Made by a program: the position numbers and the translations under genes
Shown: piece by piece, positions 52,276 to 61,399 of the stretch
Layout: each line of letters starts with the position of its first letter
How positions within the stretch are numbered: position 1 is the first letter of the stretch
Notes under the pieces: model-generated
The model's input: the letters and a program-made list of their open reading frames with translations, nothing else
Told to the model about the DNA's origin: nothing
The model's database searches: none
Assembly (NCBI GenBank): GCA_964383705.1
Contig: CAYLHJ010000003.1
Coordinates: 361 to 64,360, forward strand
Source: an uncultured Candidatus Saccharibacteria bacterium
GTDB taxonomy: Bacteria; Patescibacteriota; Minisyncoccia; Phycocordibacterales; Zambryskibacteraceae
Length of the DNA: 64,000 nucleotides
Direction: 5' to 3'

Positions 52276-54162
52276 ATGAAGCTCTACAACGTTATTCCTA
52301 TTGGTCGAACTATGGGCAAGGAAACCCTGTCATACTTTGGTAGAGACTCAATTGAACTTGGGTCTCTTGTATCAATCCCCCTGCGAAAAAAGACCGGATT
52401 AGCAATTGTCGTAGACAAAAAAGATGTCCGCGAGATTAAATCAGAAATAAGAAAATCTGAATATTCCCTAAAGAAAATAAATAAAGTAGAGTCAAAAAAC
52501 TTTTTATCTAAAGAATTTCTAGAGGCAACGCGAGAAACCTCTAAATGGTACGCGGTTTCTACTGGCGCAATTTTAGAAAATGTCACACCAAAACACGTTT
52601 TAGAGAATGCTTCAAAAATTCACCCACCAAAAACAATTAGGAGAAAAAATGAGCCACACGAACCACTAGTCATACAGGCAGAAGACGAAGAGAGGTTTGC
52701 GCATTATAAGAGTTTCATTAGAGGTCAGTTCGCAAAACAGTCATCAGTTTATTTCTGTTTACCAAATATTGAGGATATAAGACAGGCCCAATCAAACCTC
52801 GAAAAAGGAATAGAAAAATACACCGTTGCAGTCCACAGCGGGCTAACAAAAAAGGAATTTTTGGAAGTAATTCGAATAATAGAAAATGAAAGACATCCGA
52901 TTTTAATTATTGGAACTGTCCCGTATCTTTCTATTGAACGTGATGACCTGGGAAGCGTCGTTTTAGATCACGAAAATTCTCGATCATACCGAACAAATAA
53001 AAGACCTTTCATTGATTTGAGAAATTTTGTTAGGTTTTTAGCCAAATCAAAGAAAATCCCTCTACTTCTTGGAGACACATTATTGTCTGTTGAAACAATC
53101 TGGCATCAGAAAAATGACAATTATGTAGAATTCTCGCCACTTAAAATGAGAATACTATCACCGGCCCGAGACATAATTGTAGACATGAAAAATAAAGATG
53201 AAGAATCAAAGAAATTTCGTGTCTTATCCCCAGAGCTAACAGCATTAATTGATAAGACAAAAGAAGAGAACGAAAATCTTTTCATATTCTCAGTAAGAAA
53301 GGGGTTGTCCCCCTCTACAGTTTGCGGAGATTGTGGTCAAGTCGTAACTTGTGCACGCTGTAATGCCCCAGTAAGTCTCTACTCTGAAAAAAACAAAGAA
53401 AATTTTTTCTTATGTAATAAATGCGGATTAAAGAGCGATGCGTCTATACGATGCAATAATTGCGATAGTTGGAAATTGAACACTTTAGGCATTGGAATTG
53501 AGCTTGTTGAAGAAGAAATTAGGAAGAAATTCCCAGACATTATGATATTCAGATTAGATAAAGAAATTATAAAAACTGAAAAAAAGGCTCGTGATATTAT
53601 AACCAAATTTGAAAATTCCCCCGGAAGCATACTTCTTGGAACAGAACTCGCTTTATTTTATCTCAAAAAACAAATAGAAAATGTGGCGGTAGCATCAATA
53701 GATAGTTTGTTCTCTATACCAGATTTTCGTATCAATGAAAAAATATTTTATAACCTTCTTTTAATGCGCTCGCTGGCTCAAAAAGTTTTTTTGATACAAA
53801 CAAGAAATAAAACTGAACCGATATTTGAATATGCGACAAAAGGCAATCTGGCTGATTTTTACAAAAATGAGATTACTGATAGAGAAAATTTTGATTATCC
53901 ACCATTCAAGATATTCATTAAAATTTCTGTGGAAGGAAAACCCATGATAGTAGAAAAAGTTGGAGAAAATATGAAAGAATTCCTAAAAGAATATGAACCT
54001 TCTCTATATCAAGCGTTCTCACCAAGTAAAAGAGGAAATACTATTATTCATCTACTTATAAGAAAAAACCCAAAAGAGTGGCCAGACGATGGCTTAATTG
54101 CAAAATTGCGAGAGTTGGGGCCAGCTGTCTCCGTCAAAGTAGACCCAGAAAGTCTGCTGTGA
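52276..54162 (+). CDS. Primosomal protein N' (PriA)-like, with a degenerate ATPase (no Walker A) but PriA motif II and Cys4 zinc-binding region retained
   Basis: 628 aa. VVLDHENSRSYRTN resembles the PriA DEEHDSSYKQ motif. The Cys cluster CGDCGQVVTCARCNAPV...CNKCG...CNNCDS is present. No GxxGxGKT. Confidence 0.5.
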   Translation: MKLYNVIPIGRTMGKETLSYFGRDSIELGSLVSIPLRKKTGLAIVVDKKDVREIKSEIRKSEYSLKKINKVESKNFLSKEFLEATRETSKWYAVSTGAILENVTPKHVLENASKIHPPKTIRRKNEPHEPLVIQAEDEERFAHYKSFIRGQFAKQSSVYFCLPNIEDIRQAQSNLEKGIEKYTVAVHSGLTKKEFLEVIRIIENERHPILIIGTVPYLSIERDDLGSVVLDHENSRSYRTNKRPFIDLRNFVRFLAKSKKIPLLLGDTLLSVETIWHQKNDNYVEFSPLKMRILSPARDIIVDMKNKDEESKKFRVLSPELTALIDKTKEENENLFIFSVRKGLSPSTVCGDCGQVVTCARCNAPVSLYSEKNKENFFLCNKCGLKSDASIRCNNCDSWKLNTLGIGIELVEEEIRKKFPDIMIFRLDKEIIKTEKKARDIITKFENSPGSILLGTELALFYLKKQIENVAVASIDSLFSIPDFRINEKIFYNLLLMRSLAQKVFLIQTRNKTEPIFEYATKGNLADFYKNEITDRENFDYPPFKIFIKISVEGKPMIVEKVGENMKEFLKEYEPSLYQAFSPSKRGNTIIHLLIRKNPKEWPDDGLIAKLRELGPAVSVKVDPESLL

Positions 54163-54180
54163 TAAAGTTTCTATGAAATT

Positions 54181-54732
54181 ATGACCAGCATAGTTCAAAA
54201 GGATAATCCCATTTTGCGCACCACCGCTTTGGAAGTAAACAAAAAGGATATCCTCTCCACCAAAATAAAAAAAATTATAAGCGAAATGAAGAAGGCTCTA
54301 GAATCCCAAGATGATGGTGTTGCTATTGCCGCACCGCAGATCGGAGTCGGATTACGTATATTTGTTGTATCAGGAAAAGCAATCAGTTTTATGAAAGGTG
54401 AAGATGAAAAAAATGGAGATTACCCCGACATGGTATTCATAAATCCAAAAATCACGAAACAATCAAAAAAGAAAAAGATAATGGAGGAAGGATGTCTTTC
54501 TATCAGATATTTATATGGAAAAGTCAAAAGATCAGACAAAGTACAAATTGAGGCATACGATGAAAATGGCAATTTTTTCAGTCGCGGAGGATCAGGACTC
54601 TTAGCTCAGATTTTCCAACACGAGACCGATCATTTAAATGGGATATTGTTTACTGATCTGGCAACAGATATCGAGAATATTCCTCCAAATGAATTTATCA
54701 AACGATCAAGGGGTCGCCATCTTCATGCCTAA
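54181..54732 (+). CDS. def: Peptide deformylase
   Basis: Motif 1 GVAIAAPQIG, motif 2 EGCLS, motif 3 QHETDHLNG. Confidence 0.9.
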   Translation: MTSIVQKDNPILRTTALEVNKKDILSTKIKKIISEMKKALESQDDGVAIAAPQIGVGLRIFVVSGKAISFMKGEDEKNGDYPDMVFINPKITKQSKKKKIMEEGCLSIRYLYGKVKRSDKVQIEAYDENGNFFSRGGSGLLAQIFQHETDHLNGILFTDLATDIENIPPNEFIKRSRGRHLHA

Positions 54733-55612
54733 AGATATTTCCTTTGTATTCTGGGGAACACCAAAGTTTGCTCAAATTATTCTAGACGAATTAGAATCAA
54801 GAGGTTTTGTTCCGAAACTCGTTATAGCCGGAGAAGACAAACCGAAAGGAAGGCATCTCATTGTTACTCCGCCAGAAACAAAAATCTGGGCAGAAAAACG
54901 AGGAATAAAAATTCTACAACCAAAGACGCTTAGAGACCCCGGAATTGTCGATGCAATTAAAAATGAAGCTCCCCAAGGAATTTGGGATTTATTCATAGTT
55001 GCGTCTTACGGGAAAATCATACCCAAAGAGCTTCTTGCTATGCCCAGAAAAGGAGCCTTGAATGTTCATCCATCACTTCTCCCAAAATTAAGAGGGCCAT
55101 CCCCAATCTCTGAAGCAATAATCCGTGAAAAAGAAACTGGGGTTACAATCATGCTCTTAGATGAGGAGATGGATCACGGACCAATTGTAGCCCAAGAGAG
55201 AATAGAGATTCTGGATTGGCCACCAGAGAATAAGATTCTTGAATCAGAACTTGCACATGCTGGAGGTCTACTTCTCGCCAAGACAATAATTCCTTGGTTA
55301 AAAGGAGAGATAAGAGAGAAAGAGCAAGAACACGACAAGGCTACATACTCAAAAAAAATCAAAAAAGAAGATGTGATAATTGATTTAAAAGATGATCCTG
55401 AAACAAATCTCAGGAAGATTAGAGCTTATAGCAACAATTTAAATCCATACACAAATATTAAAGTCAACAAAAAAGACATCCGATTGATTATAAAAAAAGC
55501 TAGAGTTGAAAACGGAAAGCTGATTATAGAGAGAGTAATCCCAGATGGTAAGAAAGAAATGGACTTTGAAGATTTTAAAAGAGGACTACATTCAGAAATT
55601 GAGGGTATTTAA
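54725..55612 (+). CDS. fmt: Methionyl-tRNA formyltransferase (start taken at the ATG that overlaps the def stop)
   Basis: N-terminal formyltransferase domain with SLLPKLRGPSPI (SLLP motif). C-terminal Fmt domain. The tracked ORF starts upstream, inside def. Confidence 0.85.
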   Translation: MPKDISFVFWGTPKFAQIILDELESRGFVPKLVIAGEDKPKGRHLIVTPPETKIWAEKRGIKILQPKTLRDPGIVDAIKNEAPQGIWDLFIVASYGKIIPKELLAMPRKGALNVHPSLLPKLRGPSPISEAIIREKETGVTIMLLDEEMDHGPIVAQERIEILDWPPENKILESELAHAGGLLLAKTIIPWLKGEIREKEQEHDKATYSKKIKKEDVIIDLKDDPETNLRKIRAYSNNLNPYTNIKVNKKDIRLIIKKARVENGKLIIERVIPDGKKEMDFEDFKRGLHSEIEGI

Positions 55613-55613
55613 T

Positions 55614-55763
55614 TTAATCTAATCTTTCTTCACTAAATCCATAGAGAATCGAAATCGCCCTTTCTTCGGTCCTGTGCAAAATAAAAAGGATAATTACAAG
55701 GCATATGGTTCCGATAAACATCCCAACAAGCACATCTGTACCAATCCTTCTTCCGTATCTCAT
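55614..55763 (-). CDS. Possible small membrane peptide (49 aa) immediately downstream of hpf
   Basis: The minus-strand ATG lies 12 nt after the hpf stop. The predicted peptide MRYGRRIGTDVLVGMFIGTICLVIILFILHRTEERAISILYGFSEERLD has one TM helix. There is no SD; highly tentative. Confidence 0.2.
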   Translation of the reverse strand: MRYGRRIGTDVLVGMFIGTICLVIILFILHRTEERAISILYGFSEERLD

Positions 55764-55775
55764 TTGGTTTAATTG

Positions 55776-56156
55776 CTATTCATCCCCTTTTCTCCAATCC
55801 AAACCTTTAAGAATATTCTTCATCTTTAGCGCTCCTCTGCGCATAAGCGCAATCGTCTTGTCCTTATGAGAAGTGAGAGACCTGACAATCTCATCTCTAA
55901 CTTCATCAATCGCCGCGTAGAGGTCTTCTTTTTCCGAAACAGCATAAAGATTTTTCCCAGAGAGGTGTAGGTTTACTTCTGCTTTAAAGATATCGCCAGA
56001 TTTATGATGTTTCGTTATAACGCCGACCTCCACATCACAACGCGCAGAATCAACCTGATTTCCGACAAAACGATCAAAAGCAGAAAATTTTTTTTCAATA
56101 TAGTCGGCTATTGCTGGAGTAATTACCATATTTGTAGCTTTTATGTTTTTTTGCAT
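55776..56156 (-). CDS. hpf: Ribosome hibernation promoting factor (HPF/RaiA family)
   Basis: 126 aa. The conserved N-terminal region (I..T..ADYIEKKF..FD.F...V.LH..GK) matches HPF. Confidence 0.85.
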   Translation of the reverse strand: MQKNIKATNMVITPAIADYIEKKFSAFDRFVGNQVDSARCDVEVGVITKHHKSGDIFKAEVNLHLSGKNLYAVSEKEDLYAAIDEVRDEIVRSLTSHKDKTIALMRRGALKMKNILKGLDWRKGDE

Positions 56157-56225
56157 AGCTTGAGGATATAAATATTAATAATTAAATTCTATCAGAAAAT
56201 AACCCGTTATTATGAAGTGAAAAAT

Positions 56226-57107
56226 TTAGTCAAATATACTGACTAAGTATTCATTAATCTCTCGCTGGTCTAAGTCGTAAAAGAATTTATTTTCTCTGTG
56301 TAACCTACGAGCCAAAGATTCTCCAACAAACCTCCAATGCCACGGTTCAAATTGATAATAAGCATTATCTTTTGGATAAGACAAAATAAAACCGTATTTA
56401 TGGGCATTTTCTTGTAACCACAAATAAGCTGGGTCATTTGCAAAATTAGTAAAATTTGAACCAAGCTCCACTGAAGTAAAGTCAATCGTAGTCCCGAGCT
56501 GATGCTCTGAATATCCTTGATCGGCGGAAAACTGATTAGCACCACTTCCATAGGTCGTATTATAACTGGATTTTAAAGCCGTCTGTGCACCAAAAGAACG
56601 GTAAGATGAAATTACTTGAAGGAAGATATCATCTTCAATAGCTTCTTCAATCAAATCTTTAAGAAAAGGAATGACTTTTTCGTGTATCTGCTGAGACCTA
56701 TCTTTGTTGTATAAATATTTCTCTGGTATATCTGCCAAATTTGATGGAATATAATTTTCGTTAAGAAAATATATCTTTGAATATTTCTGGAGAAGTTCTT
56801 TATCCGTTTTACTCAATTTTTCAAGCACTCCAACTGTATCCGCAATATCTCCTATCTGCCCCTCAAAAGATTCATTAATCTCCCTCTCTTTTGCAAGCCT
56901 TTCTACCAAATCCCTGTTCTCACTTTCCGCATATGAAATCTTTGTATATAACTCTTCTCTTTCAGATTCAAAGGCAAGCTTAGTCTGTTTAAAATCACTA
57001 TTAATCTTCCAAAAACCGTAGGCCCCCAACCCCATAACCAAAATAATAGCTGTAATGCCGGTAATAATTAATACTCTCTTCTTGTTTATGTTGTTTTCGG
57101 CAACCAT
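56226..57107 (-). CDS. D-alanyl-D-alanine carboxypeptidase (VanY-like, M15B), membrane anchored
   Basis: N-terminal TM helix and a coiled coil. Motifs SYRSFGAQ, SEHQLGTTIDF and EPWHWRFVG are characteristic of VanY/M15. Confidence 0.75.
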   Translation of the reverse strand: MVAENNINKKRVLIITGITAIILVMGLGAYGFWKINSDFKQTKLAFESEREELYTKISYAESENRDLVERLAKEREINESFEGQIGDIADTVGVLEKLSKTDKELLQKYSKIYFLNENYIPSNLADIPEKYLYNKDRSQQIHEKVIPFLKDLIEEAIEDDIFLQVISSYRSFGAQTALKSSYNTTYGSGANQFSADQGYSEHQLGTTIDFTSVELGSNFTNFANDPAYLWLQENAHKYGFILSYPKDNAYYQFEPWHWRFVGESLARRLHRENKFFYDLDQREINEYLVSIFD

Positions 57108-57158
57108 ATCCCTGAGATTGTATCATAAAGCTATAATTTCAAATGCTATAGTGAAACT

Positions 57159-57797
57159 ATGCATTCTTTCTTTAAATCACTCACGAACAAAGAAAAGGCC
57201 GTGTTTAAAAAACTTAACACGCCCAAAAAGATCCAGGATTTTTTAGAGATAATACCTATAAATTTCGAGGAAAATGGTGATACGATTTTTTCCCCCACAA
57301 CAGTAATAAAGCGACGCAAAGCACATTGCTTAGAAGGCGCCCTTCTTGCTGCCGCAATACTTTACTATCACAAAAACGCACCAATCATCATTGATCTACA
57401 ACCGGGTGATTTCAAAGATGATGGTCATGCGATTGCTGTCTTTAAGCAAAAAGGAAAGTGGGGCGCAATCAGCAAAACAAACCATGCAACTCTTAGATTT
57501 CGTGATCCTGTTTACAAAAATCACAGAGAATTAGTAATGTCTTACTTCCATGAATATTTCTTGGATGATGGGGTCAAAACATTACGTTCTTATACTGTTT
57601 TTGATTTAAGAAAAATTAAAAAAAATTGGATTGCTAACACTGACAACCTTTGGTGTATAGATGAAGCCCTAAACAAACAAAAATATATAAAAATTATATC
57701 AAAAAAAGAAGTGAAATCATTAAGAAAAGCAGACAAAATAGAAATAGAATCCGGGAAAATAATTCAATGGAAAAAGAAAAGCCACCCAGAAGTCTGA
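57159..57797 (+). CDS. Hypothetical protein, possibly transglutaminase-like cysteine peptidase fold
   Basis: KAHCLEGALLAAAILYYHKNAPIII resembles the transglutaminase-like Cys motif context. Downstream His (DDGHAIAVF) and Asp follow. Weak assignment. Confidence 0.3.
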   Translation: MHSFFKSLTNKEKAVFKKLNTPKKIQDFLEIIPINFEENGDTIFSPTTVIKRRKAHCLEGALLAAAILYYHKNAPIIIDLQPGDFKDDGHAIAVFKQKGKWGAISKTNHATLRFRDPVYKNHRELVMSYFHEYFLDDGVKTLRSYTVFDLRKIKKNWIANTDNLWCIDEALNKQKYIKIISKKEVKSLRKADKIEIESGKIIQWKKKSHPEV

Positions 57798-57816
57798 TGA
57801 CTTTCCTTGGGTGGCC
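57767..57816 (-). terminator. Minus-strand intrinsic terminator GCCACCCA-N19-TGGGTGGC followed by TTTTCTTTTTCC
   Basis: An 8-bp GC stem followed by a U-run on the minus strand, just after the mini-cistron E stop. It overlaps the 3' end of the plus-strand gene. Confidence 0.5.
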
Positions 57817-57834
57817 AATGTCGCCGACAGGGAT

Positions 57835-57981
57835 CAATTCTTCTCGGTCCTGACCACGCGACTGGCGACCGTCTTTGGGGCGCTGACCGGGTGAAGCCTC
57901 CCATTGGGATCCTTCTCCCGAATCTCGAGACTCCCGCCCTGTTTGTACCAGTGATCAAGCTCTTCCCGACTCGGGGGCATA
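57835..57981 (-). CDS. GC-rich mini-cistron E: 48-aa hypothetical peptide (MPPSREELDHWYKQGGSLEIREKDPNGRLHPVSAPKTVASRVVRTEKN)
   Basis: SD AAAGAGG lies 5 nt before the ATG. An upstream TTGACT-N17-TAGTAT promoter is present. The GC-rich patch stops before the terminator hairpin. The competing tracked ORF (57764..57958) reads through the hairpin and U-tract and is rejected. Confidence 0.35.
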
Positions 57982-58025
57982 CTTGCCTCTTTGGTGGTAG
58001 GTGAAAAAATAGCTCTCTCCTTTCA

Positions 58026-58054
58026 TACTATCACCTTTGCCATCAAAAGTCAAG
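58026..58054 (-). promoter_or_regulatory. Sigma70-like promoter TTGACT-N17-TAGTAT (minus strand) upstream of mini-cistron E
   Basis: -35 and -10 hexamers with a 17-nt spacer. The -10 lies about 45 nt upstream of the ATG. Confidence 0.45.
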
Positions 58055-58098
58055 ATGGAACAAAAACCCCAAGCAAGAAAGTTCCAACAATGACAAAC

Positions 58099-58497
58099 CT
58101 AAAGAAAGGCAAGAGCAAAACCACTTAGATAAGCAACTATCCAAATCGGTAAAAACATGCACTTTGCCGATTTGATATGTAAAATCCGATACCTACTCCT
58201 AACCAACTGAATTTCAGAAAGAGCCTTTAGTCCAAGAGCTGCCTGAAAAAAGAAAGCTAGAATCGCCAATACAGATAGGGCGATGTGAACCTTGAGGGTT
58301 AAAGGAAATTGGATGAGAACAACCCCATTACCAGAAAGGAGTAGCCACATAAGATATGTCGCGTACATATCTGCAAAAAACCCAAAGAGGGCCGTCAGGA
58401 CATGTATGTTCCAGTGCCTCCTCGCTACGAAAAAAGCGAACAAATAAAGCAAGAAAGCAACCGACATCCAGATTTCAATCTGATGTTTGATCTCCAT
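58099..58497 (-). CDS. Polytopic membrane protein, hypothetical (4 TM)
   Basis: 132 aa and hydrophobic. No motif. Confidence 0.4.
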   Translation of the reverse strand: MEIKHQIEIWMSVAFLLYLFAFFVARRHWNIHVLTALFGFFADMYATYLMWLLLSGNGVVLIQFPLTLKVHIALSVLAILAFFFQAALGLKALSEIQLVRSRYRILHIKSAKCMFLPIWIVAYLSGFALAFL

Positions 58498-58585
58498 ATA
58501 ACCCCCATTTCAAAGTTGGCAATGGTTAACAAATTCCGCTATTAGATAATCATAAACAATGCAACCCGTCAATGAAATGAACTTA

Positions 58586-59230
58586 TTAAACTCCTTTGGC
58601 GAGCAAAACAACTTTTATTGTACGAATAATTATTTTTACATCAAAAATGAGAACTTTGTACCAAGGGTTTGAAATATAATATTCCACATACTCTCTATCC
58701 ATAGCTTCTGATGTTTTATTCGGAACACGCTTATATGATTGGTAATTACCAGTAAGACCAGCCCTGACCTTAACCTTATCATTAATACCCTGCTCTAGAA
58801 GTTTGTTGTAAACTTCCCTATTCACTGGCCTCGGACCGACAACGCTCATATCACCAATTATTATGTTAAAAAATTGCGGGATTTCATCAAAATAGATTTG
58901 TTTAAGTATCCAGCCAACCCACAGTAATGATCCGTTGTGTTCAAGTTTCTTAGTATGAATAAACTCTCCACGAGATCTTAAACCGACAACGATATCGTGC
59001 TTAAAAATATTAAACTTATAAAGCGTAAACGGCTTGCCCTGCGACATCCTTATCTCACTATAAAAAATAGGGTCAAGCGGGCGAAGACGAATTAGGTGTT
59101 CAAGGAAAATAGCTAATATAAAAAAGATGAGAATAGGAGAAAAAAATAAAATAATAAAAAGTGAAAAAATAAGATCAAAGACCCGCTTCGAAAAATATAT
59201 GCCATAAGTCGGGATATTTGATGTTTTCAT
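58586..59230 (-). CDS. Bacterial sugar transferase (polyprenyl-phosphate hexose-1-phosphate transferase, WbaP/EpsL C-terminal-domain type)
   Basis: N-terminal TM helix. The conserved motif DEIPQFFNIIIGDMSVVGPRP parallels DELPQLxNVLxGDMSLVGPRP. Confidence 0.8.
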   Translation of the reverse strand: MKTSNIPTYGIYFSKRVFDLIFSLFIILFFSPILIFFILAIFLEHLIRLRPLDPIFYSEIRMSQGKPFTLYKFNIFKHDIVVGLRSRGEFIHTKKLEHNGSLLWVGWILKQIYFDEIPQFFNIIIGDMSVVGPRPVNREVYNKLLEQGINDKVKVRAGLTGNYQSYKRVPNKTSEAMDREYVEYYISNPWYKVLIFDVKIIIRTIKVVLLAKGV

Positions 59231-59252
59231 CAGATATTATTATCACATAAGA

Positions 59253-59288
59253 TAAGCAAAGAAAACCGCCCCATTATACTAGGGCGGT
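59253..59288 (-). terminator. Minus-strand intrinsic terminator CCGCCC-N10-GGGCGG followed by TTTTCTTTGC
   Basis: A GC stem immediately after the stop of 59302..60507. Confidence 0.55.
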
Positions 59289-59301
59289 GGCACTCTGGAG
59301 A

Positions 59302-60507
59302 TCAGTCAAAAAGAAATCCTTGAATGCCGTTCTCTTCTGGGGTAAATCCTGTGGACTGAACTTCTCTCTTACTTCGATTTATTTGAACAAAGATTGAAGG
59401 AGTGTTTATAAGCTTAAGTTGCTCGGGATTATCCCTCAATCTCGTTACAAGAACAATGCCCTTCACATAGTAGTAAGCCGAAGGAACATTATATTTACAG
59501 GACCTTTCTACTGGGCACTGTGCGCATGTCCTGTCATAACGTTCTTCAGCTTGCTTATTCCACACAACAGGAATTTCAGTAATGTGGCGACTTCTCGCCT
59601 TCCTTATCTTATCAATGGAACACTTATTGCCGGGATGATGTCTGCAATAGGTCCTCGACAAAAGCCAGAGCCCATCAGCCAAGAGTTGGGGATCTTCTTT
59701 CATCTCCACAACGTATCGTAAAGTAACCTCCCGAGCCAAGGGCAAGAATTTCTCGCGAGATTGACGGGGACGTCTCTTCATATTTTTCATGAAAAGAATT
59801 CCCGTAGAAACAAGCACTCGAAGAATGTGAAAATCAACAGGTACTGGATAAGCAAATGGCTTCACCATTCCCGCGTGAATCATGAAATAGGAAATCATGC
59901 TCACCATCTTGTGCATGAATCCATAGAAACCGTATGGCGTTGCCATGAGCTCATCGTGACTGAGTTTCTTGTTGCGAATGATGATATCGCACAAGGCGTC
60001 ATAATTACTCTTAGCAGATGCGTATGATTCCCAAGATAGCTCGGCATTCTTATCCGCATCAACAAAAAGTTTGCGCGGATCAGATTCCCAGAACCGGCCA
60101 AGTTTTATTGCATTCCAAACCCAATGACGTTTTACTTCATTAACATTTGCCCCAAGGCCATACTCGCGCAAAACTTTTTCGAGCCAGTTTATAACCAGCT
60201 CGATTTCGTATTGCTCGAGGTCTACAAAATTCTCCGGGAAAAACACTTCCGGATAATCCGTGTAGAGCTGACCCATGCTAGCAATGGCAAATTGGCTATT
60301 AATGCCACCTTTCATGTAAAGCTCAATAAACCAAAGGAATAGGGCGTGTTCCCTACTTCCCCATATAAGTCCTTGGGGAAGATTTTGTGGATCCTGAACG
60401 AGTGGTTTGTCGTAAGGCTTAACCTTTCGACGCACGGCATCCAAGATAGATGGGAAAACCACCCGCTTGGCAAGGCCGTATCTTTTCCTGATCGGTTGCC
60501 CGGGCAT
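59302..60507 (-). CDS. GC-elevated hypothetical protein (401 aa) with a C-terminal Cys cluster (C-x7-C ... C-x2-C-x5-C)
   Basis: A TATAAT -10 and a GAGGGA SD lie upstream. Codon composition is visibly GC-richer than neighbouring genes. The Cys cluster is CRHHPGNKC...CAQCPVERSC. No MTase, NTase or helicase motifs recognised. Confidence 0.5.
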   Translation of the reverse strand: MPGQPIRKRYGLAKRVVFPSILDAVRRKVKPYDKPLVQDPQNLPQGLIWGSREHALFLWFIELYMKGGINSQFAIASMGQLYTDYPEVFFPENFVDLEQYEIELVINWLEKVLREYGLGANVNEVKRHWVWNAIKLGRFWESDPRKLFVDADKNAELSWESYASAKSNYDALCDIIIRNKKLSHDELMATPYGFYGFMHKMVSMISYFMIHAGMVKPFAYPVPVDFHILRVLVSTGILFMKNMKRRPRQSREKFLPLAREVTLRYVVEMKEDPQLLADGLWLLSRTYCRHHPGNKCSIDKIRKARSRHITEIPVVWNKQAEERYDRTCAQCPVERSCKYNVPSAYYYVKGIVLVTRLRDNPEQLKLINTPSIFVQINRSKREVQSTGFTPEENGIQGFLFD

Positions 60508-60643
60508 TTTTCCCTCACTTGAGTGTGAAAGTGCTAATTAGTCTCAGGGCATTATATGTGCTCTAAGTTCTTTGTCCACTAGCCTACTGTAAATTGAACT
60601 CTTATAATGCTTCTAGAAACGAACATACACATAAGGAGGGCTT

Positions 60644-61399
60644 GTGCGCGAAATCGCCAATTATAATTGGCGCCGATCGCGCCAAAAAGACACCCAAATC
60701 AAGGCAGGAAGGATTTACGAACATCTTGTCGCCCAAGTTCTGGGTTGTGAAATATCAAGGCAGGACGAATACGAATACGCAGATTTACACTCAATTGACT
60801 TGGGTATTCGCGTGGAGGTAAAAGCGCGAGGAGACAACAACCCTTTCGGTCTGCACACAGAACAAATGGATCAGTATGAGAATGACCTTCCATTTCCACT
60901 CAGTTATACACTCTATGCCCTAGTCCCATATCGAAGTCGGAGGTGGATAAAGACTGGAGAAGGAAGGCCGAGAAGGTTCAGTAACAAAACAACCATGATC
61001 TCAATGCTCCGGTTTCTGAAAACAGACCAGGAGAGAAATGAGTTCTGGGCGGAAAATGTAGAATTCGTCTATCTACTTGACTTTCGAATAGTGAAAGGCC
61101 TCTTGACCCTGCTGGGTAGCAAAAAGGGTCATTTCGCTGGCCGTAAATCGGAAGATGCTCTGGTTGTAAATAGGGGCACCTTAACTTCTCTTTTTCAAGA
61201 CGAGTCCTTCGCAACAGCTATGCGAACCCTTGGCTTGAGTGCATCTGGGTGGGCAAAAGGCACTTACCCAACCAGAACCCGATTTACGCTGGATGGACAA
61301 CGCCTCAGTTCAAATTTCACCCTCATAACTGTGCTCCGAAGGAGTCTTCATGCGAAGATAGCCTCTCAGCTCTGCAACAAAGCCGTCACGCATGTGTGA
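60644..61399 (+). CDS. GC-elevated hypothetical protein (251 aa) with an N-terminal PD-(D/E)xK nuclease-like motif
   Basis: GTG start with consensus SD AGGAGG 4 nt upstream. A TTATAAT -10 lies upstream. The motif ...EYEYADLHSIDLGIRVEVKAR (D...EVK) is followed by a roughly 150-aa unknown C-terminal domain. Confidence 0.45.
   Translation: MREIANYNWRRSRQKDTQIKAGRIYEHLVAQVLGCEISRQDEYEYADLHSIDLGIRVEVKARGDNNPFGLHTEQMDQYENDLPFPLSYTLYALVPYRSRRWIKTGEGRPRRFSNKTTMISMLRFLKTDQERNEFWAENVEFVYLLDFRIVKGLLTLLGSKKGHFAGRKSEDALVVNRGTLTSLFQDESFATAMRTLGLSASGWAKGTYPTRTRFTLDGQRLSSNFTLITVLRRSLHAKIASQLCNKAVTHV

Noticed and set aside
57764-57958. 64-aa minus-strand ORF (MITGTNRAGVSRFGRR...) in the ORF track
   Set aside because: It reads through the terminator hairpin and U-tract (ending ...WLFFFH) and has no SD. 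The alternative 48-aa frame with an SD and promoter is preferred.
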